Shown here piece after piece: positions 21,973-32,669 of a DNA stretch of 64,000 bases. The notes beneath the pieces are model-generated. The model did not search any database and had not been told where the DNA came from. It was given only the letters and a program-made list of their open reading frames with translations. Both the position numbers and the translations under genes were made by a program. The DNA comes from Emiliania huxleyi CCMP1516 (Eukaryota): NCBI RefSeq assembly GCF_000372725.1, contig NW_005202237.1:372001-436000 (forward strand), read 5' to 3'. Each line of letters starts with the position of its first letter. Position 1 is the first letter of the stretch.

Positions 21973-24197
21973 TCAAGGCAAGCAGTAGCACGACGCTTCA
22001 CCGCTCGTCGAGCTGTCCGTCATCGTCTGGCCTGCTTGCTGGCTGGCGAACAGCACCCGCCGCTCTTGTGTGTTGCCCTTCATGGAGGTGGTAATGCAGC
22101 TGCACGATGTGCCAGCTGCGCAATCGGTGCTGGCAAACGAGCAGCGGGCCGGTTCGGCGGGCGAGCACGACTTAGCTGCAGGGCCCATCATCGTATTGTC
22201 GAGCGCGATGTCCACCTTTGCTTCTGCAATGAAAAAGAGCTGCGCCCCGAGTGGCCAACCTGTGGAGAAGCCGTGGAGCTTGCGTGAGTACACAACCGCC
22301 GTTTCATCACTGGGCGGAAAGGCATACGCGTTGAGCATTGCCACGATGTATGCGCTCGAGAAGCAGTAGCTCTGCGAATACTTGGACGCGACGTCGGCCC
22401 ATGGCTTTGCACAAAACTCGGCGCCCTTTGCGCTGATTTGGTTGGTCGAAAGTGCCTGTGCGTCGCCCCAATCGACGAGCCCGAGCCCGTTGGCTGTGAA
22501 GAAGAGCGCACCCCGAGCCCAAAACTTGACGCCAGTGGGCGGCGGCTGATAGACGCCTTGTGCAGCACACGGCTCAAGCAGGCATTCGTTCTGCTGGTTA
22601 AGCAGCGCTTGTGTGAGCTCTTTACATTTGCTATAGTCGCCTGTGCCACGAAGGGTGCGTTCGCCAGCGCCCGCCACGTTCATGGAAGAGTTGAACCCTT
22701 GATTGTGGCACGGGCTGTCTAGAATCGGGCTTTCCTGGCTCCTGGATGCCAACGCCTTTGCATAGCGCAGCATCGCCTGATCTTGCCCGGACCGCATGTA
22801 TGAGTACGAGTAGACGCGCTCTTGGGAGCTATCAACCCTTAGGCGGTAGCCAAAATCTTGGATGACTCCACTTGCCGGCGCAAACGTGACCTGAAAGGAC
22901 GCCCCACCGTAGTCGAGGCAGCCCAGGAACACATCCTTTCCGAGCGTTGTCTGGAGAACGTACTTGTTCGTAAGCCAGTTAAAGAGGCCCTCGTATCCAC
23001 CGGCGATGGTGTGGGCCGCCGCAAACTCAAAGCCAGAAGCTGTGATTGCCGCCTCAACAGCCGACCAGATAGGCACTTGCTCCATCTCGGACAACAGACG
23101 CATTCCCGCCGTGCCAAAAGCCCGGACTTTTGTAGTACTCGGGTCTGGTACCGCGAGGCGGGCCTGGTCCAGAAGGGGAGCGAGATAGGCGGTCAAGGCC
23201 TCCGGGTTGTTGGCGAACGACGAGATGCCTGGCTCAATTTCAAGCTCGACATCCGCCTCGGTGATGCTCCACCCCTTCTCCGGCCAGCTGAAGACACGGG
23301 CGCGTGTGCCAGAGGAGCCACAGTCGAGGATGATGCCCCATTGCGAGGCGGTGACCGCATGTGCGAAGGAAAGCGGCACCAGAGGGGAGAGTGATCGCAT
23401 CGCCAGCACAAAGGACCCGCTTAGAAGGCTGTCGGAGCCGTGCGAGAAGTAGGCGAACGCCCCGCCGCTAGCACTCGCCGCGATGAGGCAGATGAAGACG
23501 GTGCAGAGCACGTTGTGCCAGCAGAGCTTGGGCCACGAGAGCCAGCCGAAGGCGGAGACGGAGCCCTCCGGCGTGACCGGCTTGACCGTCTTGGGCTTGA
23601 CCGTCTTGGGCTTGACCGTCTTGGGCTTGACCGTCTCGGGCTTGACCGTCTTGGGCTTGATGACCGTCGCGCCCTGAACAGGGGCGCGAGACTGGCTGTG
23701 AGCGGCGAGCAGGGGGCGGAAACCGCACATGCAGGCGGCGAGCACCGAGTTTGTGGCCGACGGCGTGGATCCGCGGGTCGCCTTGGAAGGCGCCTTGCCG
23801 GTGTCGGCGCCACCGACGATGCCCTCGTCGCCGCCCGCCCCGATCAGGGCCCCGTAACCGTTGCTGCAGTCGATCGGGGCGGACGCCTCCTTGCGCTCGT
23901 TGTTGCGGCGCGACTTTGAGGGGGTCGTCCACTCGGAGATGTCCTGTGCACACGCGCAAGCTGGGCGCGTCAGCAGCTGTGAGCGCAGGCTCCGCTTGCA
24001 CCGCAGCATGCGAGGCGCTCGCCGCCGGGGCGGGCTTCTCCTCTGGAAACACCTTGGCCGAGACCGTCCAGTCGGCGTCGCCCTATCGAAAGCGGGATGG
24101 GATTAGGAGCGTAGCTCCCAGACGCAGCACACAGAAAGCACAAGGCGCTCGCCGCCGGGGCGGGCTTCTCCTTCGCTTTGTAGTCGATGTTGTCCAT
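21973..24197 (-). CDS. GDA1/CD39-family apyrase (NTPDase); 5' structure uncertain, alternative start at 23400
   Basis: Apyrase conserved regions IILDCGSSGTR, PGISSF, GTAGMRLL, GGYEGLFNW, LDYGGASFQVTF and GWPLGA. Upstream are a TM segment and (KPKTV)n repeats. Confidence 0.85.
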
Positions 24198-24980
24198 GAT
24201 CGAGTTGTCCTGTGCAAGTCGCATCATCATGAAAGTTGAGACGGGCGCTTGCATTGGATGTGCACAAACAGCTATATTCGCTTTGTGGAGGTGTACGGGG
24301 TCTGAAATGAGAGGAAGAGGGATGGGGACGGGGTACAAAGTCGATAACCCTGCGGGGCGGGGGGGGGGGGTGCGGGAAGCGGGCTCAAGATGCTGGACAC
24401 GCGCGGCAGCTGGCTNNNNNNNNNNNNNNNNNNNNNNNNNNNNNNNNNNNNNNNNNNNNNNNNNNNNNNNNNNNNNNNNNNNNNNNNNNNNNNNNNNNNN
24501 NNNNNNNNNNNNNNNNNNNNNNNNNNNNNNNNNNNNNNNNNNNNNNNNNNNNNNNNNNNNNNNNNNNNNNNNNNNNNNNNNNNNNNNNNNNNNNNNNNNN
24601 NNNNNNNNNNNNNNNNNNNNNNNNNNNNNNNNNNNNNNNNNNNNNNNNNNNNNNNNNNNNNNNNNNNNNNNNNNNNNNNNNNNNNNNNNNNNNNNNNNNN
24701 NNNNNNNNNNNNNNNNNNNNNNNNNNNNNNNNNNNNNNNNNNNNNNNNNNNNNNNNNNNNNNNNNNNNNNNNNNNNNNNNNNNNNNNNNNNNNNNNNNNN
24801 NNNNNNNNNNNNNNNNNNNNNNNNNNNNNNNNNNNNNNNNNNNNNNNNNNNNNNNNNNNNNNNNNNNNNNNNNNNNNNNNNNNNNNNNNNNNNNNNNNNN
24901 NNNNNNNNNNNNNNNNNNNNNNNNNNNNNNNNNNNNNNNNNNNNNNNNNNNNNNNNNNNNNNNNNNNNNNNNNNNNNNNN

Positions 24981-25849
24981 GGAGTGAAGGTCGGGATCGA
25001 GCCGCGCGCCGTTCAGCCGAGACCATAAAGCGCAGGCGCCTCCAAGACGTGTGCCTCGTGGGTGCGGCGGCGGCGGGCATGATGATGCCGGAGATGATCA
25101 AGGCGGCGGCGATGATGGCGGCGGTGATGAAGACGACCATGGTGATGTTAGCGGCGATTGAGGGCGCCGATGGTGAAGATGGCAAGTCGGCGGAGGTGAA
25201 GACGGCTTGACCCTCGCGCTCTGCGCAGAGGCGTCGTCGACAGAAGAGCGAAGCTCTCGTAGTGGGAAGATGAGCGCCGTGGCTGCCGGGAAGGCCGAAG
25301 TTGCGCCGCCGATGACGCCGCCCCCAAATTTGCGCCAGGGATGTGTAACAGTGGCGGGGCTGTGTGGCTTGCTTGCGTTTGTGCGTCGGTGGGAGAGGCG
25401 TGGGGTCTACGAGTGGAGGGGGCGCAGGCGCCCACGAAGCAGCGTCGACGCACCTGTGAGCGGGATGGGAGCGGGGGTCGTTTCTCGCCGGCCAGCGGAG
25501 GGGCAGGGGCGAGGGCGAGGCCGGAAAGCAGAGGATCGCCTTGTCAGTTGATGTCAATAGCAAAGCTCGGCCCTACGAACTCCGGCGGCTTGCAGCTGTG
25601 AAGAAGGCCGCGGGTAGTCCCCCCCTCCCCAGGGCCTCCAGGGCTCGCACCTCAACCTCTCACAGACCAGCGCGCAGCGCCATAGGAGGTATTTTCTTCT
25701 CAATAACAAGGCTTGTGAATCCCTGGGTTTGTCTCTCACACCCTCACTGTCGTCAAACAAAAACAATCTGTCGTCGCATGCGAGGTTCTTGTTTCTTATC
25801 ACCCTACTGTGAATTGCGTACTAGCTAGTATTGCACACACTCCGTGCAG

Positions 25850-25918
<69 letters not shown>

Positions 25919-27379
25919 GCCTAAGCACAATATTCTCGAATATCTCCGAGAATATAGATGGTCCCGCGCACTTTCGTATTCGAGAATATTCTCGAGAATA
26001 TAGATGCCCCGGCGCGGCTTTTTCTCAAGAATCTACGAGATTTCTTCAGCCCTTGACCTTGGTTGACCTCGAGTGTCAAGATATTCTTGAATATTCTCGA
26101 CGTTACATCGCGGCGTCTATAACGGTCTTGACTACAGCTTCTCGAAGCAGCTCTTTTGCCCCCTCAACAGTAGGTTTTGGGTCGATGCACACGGAAATCT
26201 TTAAGTTTTGGACGTTCCTGAGCGGTTTGGGAGCACAAACCTCTACTTTAGAGCGATTTTTGGCGTCCGCTGACCTCTCGCGTGGGGAAAATATTCTCAA
26301 TATTCGAGAATATTCTCGAGAATATAGATGGGTCTGGCGAGAATATAAGCAAAAGAATATAGATAGTACTTGGCGAGAAAAGCGTGCTTAGGCTAAGNNN
26401 NNNNNNNNNNNNNNNNNNNNNNNNNNNNNNNNNNNNNNNNNNNNNNNNNNNNNNNNNNNNNNNNNNNNNNNNNNNNNNNNNNNNNNNNNNNNNNNNNCAG
26501 GACGGAGGGAGTCGGGGCTGCCGAGAGCGGCTGGGCCGCAGCGCAGCTGCGACCTGCAGGCAAAGTCAGAAGGGGGGGGGGGGGGGAGTAGGCGCGTCCC
26601 GTCCCGAGGGCTTTGCGAGTGCGGTAAGTGGGAGCGGGCGGTGGGAGTGAAGGTCGGGATCGAGCCGCGCGCCGTTCAGCCGAGACCATAAAGCGCAGGC
26701 GCCTCCAAGACGTTTGCCTCGTGGGTGCGGCGGCGGCGGGCATGATGATGCCGGAGATGATCAAGGCGGCGGCGATGATGGCGGCGGTGATGAAGACGAC
26801 CATGGTGATGTTAGCGGCGATTGAGGGCGCCGATGGTGAACATGGCAAGTCGGCGGAGGTGAAGACGGCTTGACCCTCGCGCTCTGCGCAGAGGCGTCAT
26901 CGACAGAAGAGCGAAGCTCTCGTAGTGGGAAGATGAGCGCCGCGGCTGCCGGGAAGGCCGAAGTTGTGCGCGCGCCGCCGATGACGCCGCCCCCAAATTT
27001 GCGCCAGGGATGTGTAACAGTGGCGGGGCTGTGTGGCTTGCTTGCGTTTGTGCGTCGGTGGGAGAGGCGTGGGGTCTACGAGTGGAGGGGGCGCAGGCGC
27101 CCACGAAGCAGCGTCGACGCACCTGTGAGCGGGATGGGAGCGGGGGTCGCTTCTCGCCGGCCAGCGGAGGGGCAGGGGCGAGGGCGAGGCCGGAAAGCAG
27201 AGGATCGCCTTGTCAGTAGCAAAGCTCGGCCCTACGAACTCAGGGCCCTACGAACGCAGGCGGCTTAGGAGGTATTTTCTTCTCAATAACAAGGCTTGTG
27301 AATCCCTGGGTTTGTTTCTTGTTTCTTATCACCCTACTGTGAATTGCGTACTAGCTAGTATTGCACACACTCCGTGCAG

Positions 27380-27477
<98 letters not shown>
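24981..27477 (+). repeat. Near-identical segmental duplication, about 0.85-0.9 kb (24981-25916 vs 26644-27477), each copy ending in a (TG)n microsatellite
   Basis: Both copies begin GGAGTGAAGGTCGGGATCGAGCC and end CACACTCCGTGCAGC(TG)n, with a few indels. Each lies just downstream of an N-gap. Confidence 0.9.
25919..26393. mobile_element. AT-rich MITE-like element
   Basis: TIRs are GCCTAAGCAC and GTGCTTAGGC. Subterminal GAATATTCTCGAGAATATAGATG repeats occur at both ends. The element is present after only one of the two duplicated copies, and no clear TSD is visible. Confidence 0.65.
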
Positions 27478-27630
27478 ACAGACTGTTCCCCCCTTCATCA
27501 AGAGAGCGTCCTGAGGGCCCAACTTCAGAATCGTGCTTTTTGGGTTGGGTCGGGTTGGGTCCTGTTCCGCGTGAAGTTGGGTCGTCGGCGCGAAGGGTGA
27601 GGTCTCGACCGCCGCCGCTCACGCCAGCGG

Positions 27631-28036
27631 ACGGCCACCATCGGTGTTTTTGGCTTCGCCACCGTCCAAGGCGTGCGCCATGCGCTCGCCGGCATCGAGC
27701 GTGATCGACCGAGCGGCTTGCTGTGTGGACGGCTCTTGTGTGCCGGCACAGAGCTCCGTGCAAGCCTTCCAGCGTGATAGGAACGAGTGTATCGCTTTGA
27801 CGGATCGACCGTGCTTGTTATCCACATCGATGTGACGCACACAGTGACACATATATGCATCAGACGACACATATTCTCCCATTCGCCCGGACGCAAAACG
27901 CTCTCGACGAGAGCCACAAAACAGAAGGCGTCCGCACAGCAAGCCGCTCGGTCGATCACGTTGCTCGCTCGATGCCGGCGAGAGCATGGCGCACGCCTTG
28001 GACGGTGGCGAAGCCAAAAACACCGATGGTGGCCGT
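27631..28036. mobile_element. Foldback/MITE-like element with about 100-bp inverted arms
   Basis: ACGGCCACCATCGGTGTTTTTGGCTTCGCC...GGACG (27631-27731) is the near-perfect reverse complement of about 27929-28036. No TSD was found. Confidence 0.7.
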
Positions 28037-28529
28037 TTAGCTCGCCCCGCCAGCGCGCGAGCTCGAACGCGCGCAAGGTGTCGGAACTGGAGCGCGTCGG
28101 ATCCCGCCAGCCGTGGCGGCTCCGCTGCTCTGGGCGACGCTGGCCTCGACCAGTCGTATGATCCAAAGGCCAAGCCGCCGTCCCCACCCTCGTCAAAGCC
28201 GCGACATGCCGGATTCGCAGTCTCCTCCCAAATGCAAGGGCCAGCGCATGACACCCCGCTCGCAGCTTCGGTCCAACCGTGGGCCGCCAACGAGGTATGA
28301 AACGGCGAGCGGGCGTGGTCTCCTAATCCGCCCTGAGGGTTGTCCGAAATTCGAACGCAGGAGTGCTGGAGTGTGAGCGACGACGCCGGCAATGGCGGCA
28401 GATGGTTGAAGGAGTGCACGCCCGATACGCAGTCCGTCTATCAAAGCTGGCCGCACGGTCTCACGGACAACGACGTCTCGGGCGGCATCGCGCTAGCTCT
28501 GCGCGTACGGTTGCGCGCAGCCCGTCCAC

Positions 28530-28950
28530 ACGTTGTGTGGCGCACGAGCTGTCGAAAGGGGCACCCCTCAAGCTGGTTGTCTACGGCACCTCCATCTCGG
28601 CAAACAACAAGCGGCGTCAGCACGGGCCGAGCTACCCAGAGCTGCTGCAGGAGCGGCATCCGAGAACGCGCCACTAGTCGACCTGCTGTCACGCCCAAAC
28701 GCAGCTACACCCACATCGGGACTGAGCGAGCGCCCCGTTCTTTGCATGCAGGACCTGCTGCTGCGCGCGCTACCGCTCGAACGTCACCGTCAAGGGGGTC
28801 GCCTTCCCGGGGATGACGGCGCAGATGCGAGAGGCGTGCGCCGACACGTTACTGCCTCCGGGCGGTGGCGGCGACATGTACATCATAGAGGCCTCGAGCG
28901 GCCTCGGGCAGCGGCGAGAGGTGGCCCACAAGTCCGGCTCACGCGCCTCG
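28530..28950 (+). pseudogene. Degenerate SGNH/GDSL-like hydrolase fragment
   Basis: LSKGAPLKLVVYGTSISA...SYPELLQER resembles SGNH block I. It is broken by stops and frameshifts. Confidence 0.35.
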
Positions 28951-29265
28951 ACTGACCCTCTACCGCACTGAGCACTTGTGCCCCCCCCCGCTCCCAACCC
29001 ATCCACCTCGCCTCGGGCCGCGCCGCGCGATCTCGGGCGATCTCGCGCTATCTCGGGCGATCTCGGGGCCGCGCCGCGCTATCTCGGGCGATCTCGGAGC
29101 GTCGCTCGCGCGGCGGCACATCTGCTCAAAAAAGGAACGGCCTGGTTGGAGCCACGGGGCTCACGTGCTCGGTCCGGCCTCGCTTTTTATTTTTTGAGCT
29201 AGACTTCGTTGTGAATAGGATTTTTATTTTCCATCACGCTCGCCGCTTCGGGACTCCGCCACGTA

Positions 29266-31131
29266 ATGTCGATGCCTCTCCTCATCCACGCTTTCTCCGC
29301 CGGCCTCGTTGCGCCGCCGGCCGGCACGCTCATCGTCGGCGGTGGCCCGGCAGGGCTAGCGACCGCGATTGCCCTCGCAAAGCGCGGCTACAAGAAAGTC
29401 GAGGTGCTCGACCGGCTCCCACCGCCACCTGCGGTCGACGACACGGCGTGGAGCGACACCGCGCGCTTCTATCTCATCGGCATCGGCGGCCGCGGCCAGA
29501 ACGCGCTTCGCAAAATCGGCGCCTGGGACGCGATTGAGCCCTTCACGCAGCCTGTCGCTGGGAGGAAGGACTGGGCGCCTGGGAGCGGCGTTGACGGCGG
29601 TGTGCTGACAGTCCGTGCCGACCGTCCGCCCTCAAACGTGATCCAGCGCGACCGGCTCGTCTCGTGCCTCCTCGCCGAGTCTCGCTCGCTCGGCATCACG
29701 GTCCGGCACGAGGTCGACGTGGCGTCTGTGCGGTGGGAGGGCGGCGAGGCGGTGCTGACATGCCGCCCGTGCGGCGAGGAGGCTTGCCAGCTCGAGGAGG
29801 CCGTCGAAGGGCGGGCCGCTGCCGCAGCGCCGCCAGCGTCCGGGGGAGAATACGAGCTGCGCGCACCCTTTCTGGTCGCGAGCGATGGCGTCCGCCGCAC
29901 GGTCGCCGCTGCAGTCGAGGCGGCAGACCGAGAGAGGCGGTGGGCGCTGCCGGGCCGCCGCTTCAAGGTCACGCGCTTCGAGGACACGAGCGTGCGAGTG
30001 TACAAGACGGTGCCGTTTCGGCCGCCAGAGGACTGGCGCGGCGACATCAACTACTCTGCGCGCACGGCCAAGGCCAACTTCGACGCGCTGCCCGCCCCCG
30101 GCGGAGACTACTGCGGCGTGCTGCTCATCGAGCCCGAGGATGAGCTGACACAGGGCCTGCCAGACGTGCCCTCCGCGCGTCGCTACTTCGACGACCTGCT
30201 GCCGATGTTCTCGCCACACATCAGCGACGAGAGCCTGCAGGCGGGCGCTGCCCAAGCTTCCCTCCTCGACCCCGCCCTCCCACCCGCTCCTCCACCCTCC
30301 ACCGTCAAGCAGCTGCCGCAGCTCCAGCCCGCCCCTCCACCCTCGCAGGCCGTCATCGATAAGCCGACGTCGCGGCTGCCGCAGTTCCGGTACGCCGGCC
30401 CGCGGCTGCACCACCGCAACACCGCGCTCCTCGGCGACGCAGTGCACTCCGTCAAGCCGTACTTCGGCCTCGGGGTGAACGCTGCCTTCGAGGACGTGGC
30501 GGCCCTCGGACAGGCGCTCGACGACTCCCTCGCTCTCCAACTTTCCGTGAACCTTCCATGAGCCTTCTCGGAACCTTTGCAGGCGCTCGACGACTCCCCC
30601 GACCTCCCAAACGCGCTGCGCGCCTTCTCGGCCAAGCGGGCGGGCGAGGCGCGCGTGCTCGTCCAGCTCTCCCGCTCGTTCGACCTCGGCGGCTGGCGCT
30701 CCTTCGCCTTCTTCATCGGCCCGCTCATCCTCGACGGCATCTTCCACGGCGTCGCGCCGAGCCTCTTCGCGCCAAACACTTTGGCGATGCTGCAGAAGCC
30801 CCACCTCTCCTTTGCCCGCGTGCGCTGGCGCAAGCGGCTCGACCGCACTATCCAGCTCGCTGTCCTCGCCGCCGCCGCCACCGCTGCCGGCCGCCTGGCC
30901 GCCGTCGCGCTCGGCGCCGCCGTCCGCGCGCTCACGCGCGCGTCGCTGCCGCCTGCCGCCCGGCCGCTGCTCGCCGCCGCTCCGCTCGCCGCGGCGGCCG
31001 CATTCGCCTTGCGGTTGCGGCAGCGCGTCGGCGGCGATGTGGCGGATGTGCTCGCGTCGCAGGTGACCACGGGCAGCGAGAAGGGAGAGCGAGACGAGGA
31101 GCGGCTGGTAGGCACGCGGCCAGGCTATTAG
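29266..31131 (+). CDS. FAD-dependent monooxygenase, kynurenine 3-monooxygenase-like, 3 exons
   Basis: Motifs LIVGGGPAGLATAIALAKRG, LVASDGVRR and ALLGDAVHSVKPYFGLGVNAAFED. GC-AG introns lie at 30241-30348 and 30514-30582. Confidence 0.9.
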
Positions 31132-32669
31132 CAACTCCCCGCTTCACAGCTCTGACGTCTGAGATATCGCCGTTGGCGGCACATGGCACGTGCATATACA
31201 TGCATAGACTGATATAAGACACGCATGAGGCATGTGCATGTCGCGCAGCAGGGCCACACTGTCGTACGGGGCTACCGGGTACCAGAGACCCACGATTAGA
31301 GCTCTTGGCGTACAAAACCGATGTGGAGCCCTTACCTGCGACACTCTGCATCCCACACGCGCCCTCCGTCTAGGCAGAGAGCCGTCTTACACTGCTGAAT
31401 GCGAGCGGGACCTGAGCGCAGCGAAGAACCGCGCCCAGGCCGGCGTTTTGCGACGACCAGCGAGGCACTCGCTTCGCTGGTCATCGCAAAACGTGAACAA
31501 TCGCAGCCTGCGACCGGGAAAGTGGACCCCGATGATCGTACCGGCGTCACTCATCACCTCGCCACCCGTACCGGCCGTCGGATCGACGCGCATCACGCAC
31601 CCACCCACCTAACAGCGTCGTTCTCGCGCTGTGTGAGTAGGCTCGGCAGCGGCGGAAGGGTCGAGCCCAAGCTTCAACGAGAGTGGCCGAGCGACCCAGG
31701 GCAGATGGTACGGCATAAGAACTTAATGTTCCCTTCCTCTCAGGTCGCGCCTTCGACGTGTGCGCGAGCGGTGGCCCCTGCCGTGACCACCCCGTCACGA
31801 CACTGCTCCGTCACCAGCAACATCCGAGCCATGGTGGGTGTGTCGAGCGTCGACCTGTTTGGGTTGCTTGTGTGTACTATACTATCAATCACCGCAGCCT
31901 TTGTGCGGTTGGGAGGGGCACTGGGGCTGATCCGCAGCGTCGCGCAGTCTTATCGTGGGTTTATGGTAGAGGCGTAAGCGACAGTGTGGCCGGCCGTTTT
32001 TGGTGAGCGCGCATGAGTAAATCTAAAAAAACACTTTGAGATCAGCCCTCCCTCCACACGGAGGGTGGGCTGGTCCCGCGAGCGGCGGCGCGCCCACGGC
32101 AGTCGCATCGGCGCAACACAGACCCTGCGCGCTCTCGCTCTCGCACGCACACCACAATGCGCGTAAGACGGACTGCTCTTGGACTCTCCCGATCCATCGT
32201 CTCCGTCCGACGACATGTCACGACATCGACATGCGGACCGCACACACACACAACACAAGTGTCCCAAGGTATCAAACTGAAGAGAGAACGAAGAGAGAAC
32301 GAAGAGGGAGGGAGGGAGGGAGGGAGGGAGAGAGGAGAGAGAGAGCTCTGATAGTGTGCAAGCGTACTGCGGCTGCGCCGGAGGCCCCCCCCCCGGCGCA
32401 AACCACGCCCTCGCGGCCGCGCAACGCGCGACCGAGTGGGGCTGACACGGCAAGGGGTGCTCATCGCACACCAGTTCCGTCGTCGCCACGCCTCACCACC
32501 CATAAGAGGGGTGTGTGGGGCGCCCAAGCCCCGCAGCAGCAACACAAAAGCAATGAATCACCGGGCTCGCCCGCCGCCGGTCCCGCCCGCGACCCGCCAA
32601 GGAGCGCCCGCCGCCACGGCCGCGGCGGAGGCCCGAGGCCGGCGGGAGGCAGACCTCATGAGCCAACCC

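Noticed and set aside
24416..24980. Long ORFs spanning N runs (also 26398-26497, 33957-34056 and 62142-62241)
   Set aside because: These are artefacts of assembly gaps.
24981..27477. Tandem duplication as a biologically meaningful gene duplication
   Set aside because: Both copies lie beside N-gaps and may be uncollapsed haplotypes. The encoded ORFs are low-complexity with no recognisable domain.
31200..32600. Several 70-220 aa ORFs
   Set aside because: No family motifs, and open frames of this size are expected by chance in very GC-rich DNA.
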